Origin: an uncultured delta proteobacterium | GTDB taxonomy: Bacteria > Desulfobacterota > BSN033 > UBA1163 | DNA: 64,000 nt | Assembly: GCA_963708295.1 (NCBI GenBank) | Contig: CAVPSJ010000019.1 | Coordinates: 32,001-96,000, forward strand | Reading direction: 5' to 3' | Part shown: positions 58,930 through 64,000 of the stretch, piece after piece | Layout: the number at the start of each line of letters is the position of its first letter | Numbering within the stretch: the first letter of the stretch is position 1 | Made by a program: the position numbers and the translations under genes | Notes under the pieces: model-generated | What the model saw: the letters and a program-made list of their open reading frames with translations, nothing else | Database searches by the model: none | Told to the model about the DNA's origin: nothing

Positions 58930-59034
58930 GTTTACCATCGCTGTAAATCTTACCCCTCTATATTGACGAAGTCAATCCTTTCTGATATGCATGGTTCTAT
59001 AAGTCAACGGTTATGAAACAAGGAGTGACCAGAG

Positions 59035-59556
59035 ATGAAAGTCAGCATTCATCAATCAATCTTGGAAATCGTGCAGGGCGATATTACTCTGCAGGACACC
59101 GAGGCCATTGGCAACGCTGCCAATTCGGCATTAGCAGGAGGAGGCGGGGTGGATGGGGCCATCCACAGGGCAGGCGGGCCCTCTATCCTGTCGGAGTTGA
59201 AAACGAAATACAAAGGGTGCCCTACAGGATCGGCCGTGATCACAGGGGGCGGGAATCTCAAGGCTAAGTTTGTGATCCATGCCGTGGGCCCGAGATATTC
59301 AGGGTCACCCAAAGATGCCGAGCTTTTGTCCGGGGCCTATCGAAAGAGCCTGGAACTGTGCACCCAGAATAAAATCTCTTCGATTGCCTTTCCCTCAATC
59401 AGCACCGGAATTTATGGGTACCCCGTTGAGGAAGCTTCCAGAATTGCGACAAAAACGGTGATGGACTATCTGAGGAATCACCCCGAAATCAAGCTTGTTC
59501 GGTTTGTCCTCTTCGATTCAAAAACGTTTGAGACCTACCAGGAGGCTCTAGAATAG
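59035..59556 (+). CDS. Macro domain protein (O-acetyl-ADP-ribose deacetylase, YmdB/MacroD-like)
   Basis: GDIT, NAAN..L.GGGGVDGAIH.AGG, VIHAVGP, FPSISTGIYGYP. Confidence 0.93.
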   Translation: MKVSIHQSILEIVQGDITLQDTEAIGNAANSALAGGGGVDGAIHRAGGPSILSELKTKYKGCPTGSAVITGGGNLKAKFVIHAVGPRYSGSPKDAELLSGAYRKSLELCTQNKISSIAFPSISTGIYGYPVEEASRIATKTVMDYLRNHPEIKLVRFVLFDSKTFETYQEALE

Positions 59557-59587
59557 GGACACCTCCCATTTTTAGAAGGAACGGGAA

Positions 59588-61069
59588 ATGCTTGCAAACG
59601 ATGAACTTGCTCTTCTCATCAAGTCAAAATACCCGGTCATCTTTGTAGAATCGATCGACGAGGAATATGTGGTGAACCAGCTCAGGCAGATCACCAGCCA
59701 GCTGGGCCTGATTTTTTACCAGTGGTCCGTGACCGGGGGCCTGCAAAGAGGTTTTAATGAGAACCCCTACTATCAAACAGGCGATCCTGAAAAAATGATC
59801 AAGACCGTTCTTTCCTTGATCAAATCGGATCGGTCCGAAGTGGGGTTATTCGTTTTTAAAGATTTTGACAAGCACCTGGAAAATTCGATTATTCTGAGGT
59901 TGTTTAAGGATTTAGTGAATCTGATCAAGAACACAAAAATCACGATCGTCCTTCTCGGTTCGGAATATAAGCTTCCAAAGGATATCGAGCCCGATGCAGC
60001 TCACATCGTAGGCGGGTATCCCGACGAGCAGGAAATCGCTTCTGTACTGAAAGGGATGTTTCGTGAACTCACTCGAGACGAGAAGGGAAAAGTATCCTTG
60101 ACCGCCGACGAAACAGATCAGATCACTAAATCTCTGAAGGGGTTATCCGTCCAGCAGATCAGGAACGTCATCCACCAGTGTTTTATCGACGATCGTCTCA
60201 TCGACATCAAAGACCTGGGCACCGTCGAGTCCTATAAGAAGAAGCTATTTGATCAGGAAGGATTACTCGAGTTTTGCATCACCGAGGATAAAGCCAACAT
60301 CGCAAATTTCGACAACTTAAAACGCTGGCTCGATGAGCGCAAGGAGAGTTTCATCGGGGCGGCCTCTTCTCTCCCTCCTCCCCGGGGGGTCCTCCTGATG
60401 GGAATACAGGGGTGTGGAAAAAGTCTGTCTATTAAAGCCATCGCCAAGGAACTGGGATTGCCTCTTTATCGACTCGACATCGGAAGACTCTACGGTCAAT
60501 ACATCGGGCAAACCGAACAGAACCTCAGAAGGGCCTTAGCCACGGTCGATAAGCTCTCTCCCTTGTGTTTATGGATCGATGAGATCGAGAAAGGCTTCGC
60601 GGCATCGGCGGGGGAGTCGGACGGAGGTGTTTCTCAAAGGGTTCTCGGAACCTTCCTCACCTGGATGCAGGAACGGAAATCCAGGTGCTTTCTGGCCGCC
60701 ACGGCCAATGATGTTTATCGCCTGCCCCCGGAGTTCTTAAGAAAGGGGCGTTTTGACGAGATATTTTTTGTCGACCTTCCTGATCAGGAACTGAGAACGT
60801 CCCTTTTCGGGATTCATCTCCGGAAACGAGGCCTGGATCCTAAGATCTTCGACTGTAAATCATTGGCTGAAAAGGCCGCGGACTTCAGCGGAGCAGAAAT
60901 TGAGCAGGCCATTATCTCGGCTCTTTATCGAGCGTCGAGCAAAAAAGAACCTGTTTCAACGACGCTTATACTTGAACAGATCGGCTTAACAAAACCTCTC
61001 GCCCTGCTGAAGCAAGAAGAGATTTCCACCCTCCGGGAATGGGCCAAAGAACGAACCGTCCCCGCCTAA
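59588..61069 (+). CDS. AAA+ ATPase (Ycf46-like)
   Basis: GIQGCGKS Walker A, LWIDEIEKGF Walker B, ATAN, LPPE.LRKGRFDEIFFVDLP. Confidence 0.9.
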   Translation: MLANDELALLIKSKYPVIFVESIDEEYVVNQLRQITSQLGLIFYQWSVTGGLQRGFNENPYYQTGDPEKMIKTVLSLIKSDRSEVGLFVFKDFDKHLENSIILRLFKDLVNLIKNTKITIVLLGSEYKLPKDIEPDAAHIVGGYPDEQEIASVLKGMFRELTRDEKGKVSLTADETDQITKSLKGLSVQQIRNVIHQCFIDDRLIDIKDLGTVESYKKKLFDQEGLLEFCITEDKANIANFDNLKRWLDERKESFIGAASSLPPPRGVLLMGIQGCGKSLSIKAIAKELGLPLYRLDIGRLYGQYIGQTEQNLRRALATVDKLSPLCLWIDEIEKGFAASAGESDGGVSQRVLGTFLTWMQERKSRCFLAATANDVYRLPPEFLRKGRFDEIFFVDLPDQELRTSLFGIHLRKRGLDPKIFDCKSLAEKAADFSGAEIEQAIISALYRASSKKEPVSTTLILEQIGLTKPLALLKQEEISTLREWAKERTVPA

Positions 61070-61077
61070 AAAACAGA

Positions 61078-61155
61078 AAAACAGGGACACATCCCATTTT
61101 TTTCATGTTCATCCGCCCTGAGGGGCTACATTGAAAATAGGATGTGTCCCTGTTT
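61078..61155. repeat. GGGACACATCC miniature inverted-repeat element
   Basis: aaacagggacacatcccattttt ... aaaataggatgtgtccctgttt. Confidence 0.78.
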
Positions 61156-62096
61156 TAATCCCTGATCTTGGCTAATTTCAGTAAGCCGGAATCACGCCGG
61201 TGGATGGTCTCCTTGATTTTCTCATCGGTCCATTCATAAAAGCCTTTTCCTGTTTTTACTCCGAGCAATCCTTCGTCGACCATTCTTTTCAAGACGCTCA
61301 GGGGCTTCAAGTCACTGCATAATTCCGGGAAGAGATAGTTTTGCACTTCGTGGCCAAGATCATGTCCTGCTAAATCCATGGTCTCAAACGCCCCGATAAA
61401 GGGAAATCGAGATCCAAAGCTGTATTTGACAACCCTGTCGATGTCTTCAGGACTCGCGATGCCTTGCTCAAACAAAGACAATGCCTCACGAAAAAGGGCA
61501 AGTTGCAATCGATTCCCGAGAAAACCGGGTATGTCCTTAAGAACGCGGACGGGTTCTTTTCCGACCCTCTTCATCAGATCCAGGGTCGTCTGAAATGCCT
61601 CGTCTGAGGTATACTCACTTTTAATCACTTCCACGCACGGAACGGCGTGCGGCGGGTTCCAAAAATGGGTGCCCACAACCCGATCCCTCTTTTGCAACCC
61701 TTCGCTGATCTTTGCTATCCGGATGCCCGAGGTGTTCGTGCACAATAGGGTTTGCGGAGACGTGTGCCTCTCTAACTCGGCAAACACCACCTGTTTTACT
61801 CCGAGATTCTCGCTCACCGCCTCGATGATGACATCCATCCCCTTGCATAGATCGGACATCGTATGACAAAGGTCGATATTCTTTAAGCAACGTTCCAGAT
61901 CGGATTTCTTGATCAACTCTAGATCCAAGAACAATTGGAGATTCTCGCGGATTTTCCCCGGTGCGTCCTTCAGGATCCCGGGATCCTTATCGTAGAGATT
62001 GACCCGATACCCTTTCATCCCAAAAACCTGGGCAATGCCATGGCCCATGAGCCCAGCCCCGACAATACCGACGGCTTTTATTTCTTCAACCTTCAT
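61155..62096 (-). CDS. 3-hydroxyacyl-CoA dehydrogenase family protein
   Basis: GAGLMGHGIA, EAVSE...K, TNTS, HFWNP, PGF.GNRLQ. Confidence 0.92.
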   Translation of the reverse strand: MKVEEIKAVGIVGAGLMGHGIAQVFGMKGYRVNLYDKDPGILKDAPGKIRENLQLFLDLELIKKSDLERCLKNIDLCHTMSDLCKGMDVIIEAVSENLGVKQVVFAELERHTSPQTLLCTNTSGIRIAKISEGLQKRDRVVGTHFWNPPHAVPCVEVIKSEYTSDEAFQTTLDLMKRVGKEPVRVLKDIPGFLGNRLQLALFREALSLFEQGIASPEDIDRVVKYSFGSRFPFIGAFETMDLAGHDLGHEVQNYLFPELCSDLKPLSVLKRMVDEGLLGVKTGKGFYEWTDEKIKETIHRRDSGLLKLAKIRD

Positions 62097-62242
62097 TCAA
62101 AGCCCCTTTCTAAGGCGCTACGGAGATGTATTTTTCCATTTGGCGGAGAGCCTTTCGACAAACTCAAGGCGCTTGGCGGCTTCGCGCCCCAATCCTCTGG
62201 CGTCTGGAGAGGAAAGAGAGGGAGAGAAGCACGGAAAAAGCG

Positions 62243-63883
62243 CTAAACGGGTTGGTAGGTACTAAAGCGCACGGTCTGAGAGCGGGCACGCGGGTCAGTG
62301 ACAACATTGACCACGGCCGGCTTTCCGGCACGCACCGCGGCTTGGGCGCGTTCCAGACTCGGGCGAATCTCGTCGGGTCTTTCTACGTGCTCACCGTGGC
62401 AACCCAAAGCTTCGGCAATTTTGTCGTAGCGGGTAAAACCCAGGTCGCGACCGGCCATCTCACCGACCCCGGCCCAGCCGCCATTGTTGCTCACGACGAC
62501 CAGGATCGGGATGTTCTGCCGCACAGCAGTGTCCATCTCCATTCCATTCAAGCCAAAGGAGCCGTCCCCACTGAGGACGATCACCTGCTTGTCAGGTTTG
62601 GCTATCTTCGCGCCGAGGCCGTAGGGAACCGCCACGCCCATACAGCCGTTGGCTCCGGCGTTGATGCGATGGCCCGGCGCATAGGTGGGAATCGACTGTC
62701 GCGCGTAATTTAGAATTTCGTGGCCGTCTACCGCCAGGATTGCGTCGCGATCCATAAAATCGCGCACTTCTTTGCACAGACGCAAAGGATGAATGGGCAC
62801 CGCATCGGTGTTGAGCAGCTCCGCCGCTTTTTCCTCGTTCTGGTGCGACGCCCGTCGCAGATCAGCAATCCAGGGAAGGTCCACTGGAGAGGAGAAAACC
62901 CTGCGGGCGACCTCCGTCAGCTGCTCTAAGACGCGTCGCGCATCGCCGACGATGCCAATATCGATCGTGCGATTGCGCCCTAATTCCTCGCGAGAGATAT
63001 CGACCTGGATCATCTTCACATCCGATGCCCAACGCGGTGGCAGGCCGAAGCCCACGATAAAATTGAGTCGGGTCCCGATCATCAGGACCACATCCGCCTC
63101 TCTAAAAGCCTTCGAGCGGGCACCCAGGAAAGAGAGCGAATGGTCCTCCGGGATGACGCCCCGTCCCTGTGGCGTGGTGGCGAAGGGAATACCCGTGGCA
63201 TCGACGAACATCCGGAGGGCTGCTGAGGCGTCAGACCACAGAATGCCGCTGCCGGTCAGAATGAGAGGGCGTTTCGCATGCCTGAGGAGTGCCACAGCTT
63301 CCTCGATCAATTCGGGATCCCCGCCAGGCCGTGGCTGTTTGGGCAGATTCCGCGGAAACGGCACTTCATCCAGTTCTACCTGAGCATACAGGATGTCTCC
63401 CGGCAGATCGAGATAGACCGGTCCCTGCTGGCCCTGGGTGGCCATACGGATTCCCTTACCCATCAGCTCTGGAATGCGCCGCGCATCCGTAACGCGCTCG
63501 GCCCATTTGCACACGGGTTTGAAGATGGATAATTGATCGATCTCCTGAAACCCCCCTCGGCTGTTCTGCGTCATCGGGCTTGATCCTCCCAGCGCCACGA
63601 CGGGCGTGGCATCGAGAAAGGAATTGCCGATGCCGGTCAGGAGATTCGTTGTTCCGGGTCCGGAAGAAGCAAAGCAGATCCCAGGCTTGCCGGTCAGGCG
63701 ACTATAAGCGTGCGCCATCATGGCTGCCGCCTGCTCATGGCGCACGCCAATCGATTTAAGTTGCATCTCTATGCAGAGCCTGGCAACGTCCGACATGGGC
63801 CCACCGGGAAGATAGAAGATGGTGTTGACCCCTTCGTTCATCAGACTTCGCACGACCAGATCGCTCCCGGTCACTTTCGGCAT
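62243..63883 (-). CDS. ThDP-dependent enzyme (acetolactate synthase / 2-hydroxyacyl-CoA lyase-like)
   Basis: RHEQAA, SGPG..N, GPVYLDLP, GDGSFG...NN ThDP motif. Confidence 0.9.
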   Translation of the reverse strand: MPKVTGSDLVVRSLMNEGVNTIFYLPGGPMSDVARLCIEMQLKSIGVRHEQAAAMMAHAYSRLTGKPGICFASSGPGTTNLLTGIGNSFLDATPVVALGGSSPMTQNSRGGFQEIDQLSIFKPVCKWAERVTDARRIPELMGKGIRMATQGQQGPVYLDLPGDILYAQVELDEVPFPRNLPKQPRPGGDPELIEEAVALLRHAKRPLILTGSGILWSDASAALRMFVDATGIPFATTPQGRGVIPEDHSLSFLGARSKAFREADVVLMIGTRLNFIVGFGLPPRWASDVKMIQVDISREELGRNRTIDIGIVGDARRVLEQLTEVARRVFSSPVDLPWIADLRRASHQNEEKAAELLNTDAVPIHPLRLCKEVRDFMDRDAILAVDGHEILNYARQSIPTYAPGHRINAGANGCMGVAVPYGLGAKIAKPDKQVIVLSGDGSFGLNGMEMDTAVRQNIPILVVVSNNGGWAGVGEMAGRDLGFTRYDKIAEALGCHGEHVERPDEIRPSLERAQAAVRAGKPAVVNVVTDPRARSQTVRFSTYQPV

Positions 63884-64000
63884 GGTTCTCCTTGCAGAGC
63901 TTTATTGTTGTAATCCGTCACCCAGTTCTGGATTTTTTTGCAAATTGTTTGGACGGTTTGTGAAATAGGCGTCACAAAGTCCGTCTTTCTAATCTCTTTG

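Overview
Bacterial chromosomal window, probably from a Desulfobacterota/deltaproteobacterial genome (inferred from gene content, a GEMM-I-type riboswitch and a selenoprotein). It holds ~50 mostly housekeeping and metabolic genes, including a complete complex I (nuo) operon at 40.9-56.2 kb, amt-glnK, mltA and a comA-like/prpD-like pair. Several genes carry single-base frameshifts that look like assembly indels. I saw no rRNA, tRNA, CRISPR array, transposase or prophage. Main points of interest: (1) a small AT-rich GIY-YIG nuclease gene enclosed by two inverted palindromic REP-like repeats, with gene-less elements sharing the same GTCA...TGAC ends elsewhere, a candidate nuclease-driven mobile element system; (2) many miniature palindromic elements nested up to four deep, some supplying stop codons, entering coding sequence or truncating genes; (3) an exported peroxiredoxin with an in-frame UGA at the catalytic position (selenocysteine), split in the ORF track; (4) NuoF with Gly at the Glu that discriminates NADH from NADPH; (5) a variant c-di-GMP-I riboswitch; (6) an orphan, probably leaderless Mu GemA-like gene coupled to a signal-peptide-DUF151-PDZ nuclease; (7) two structured non-coding segments of unknown class. 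All family assignments come from reading motifs by eye; no searches were run.
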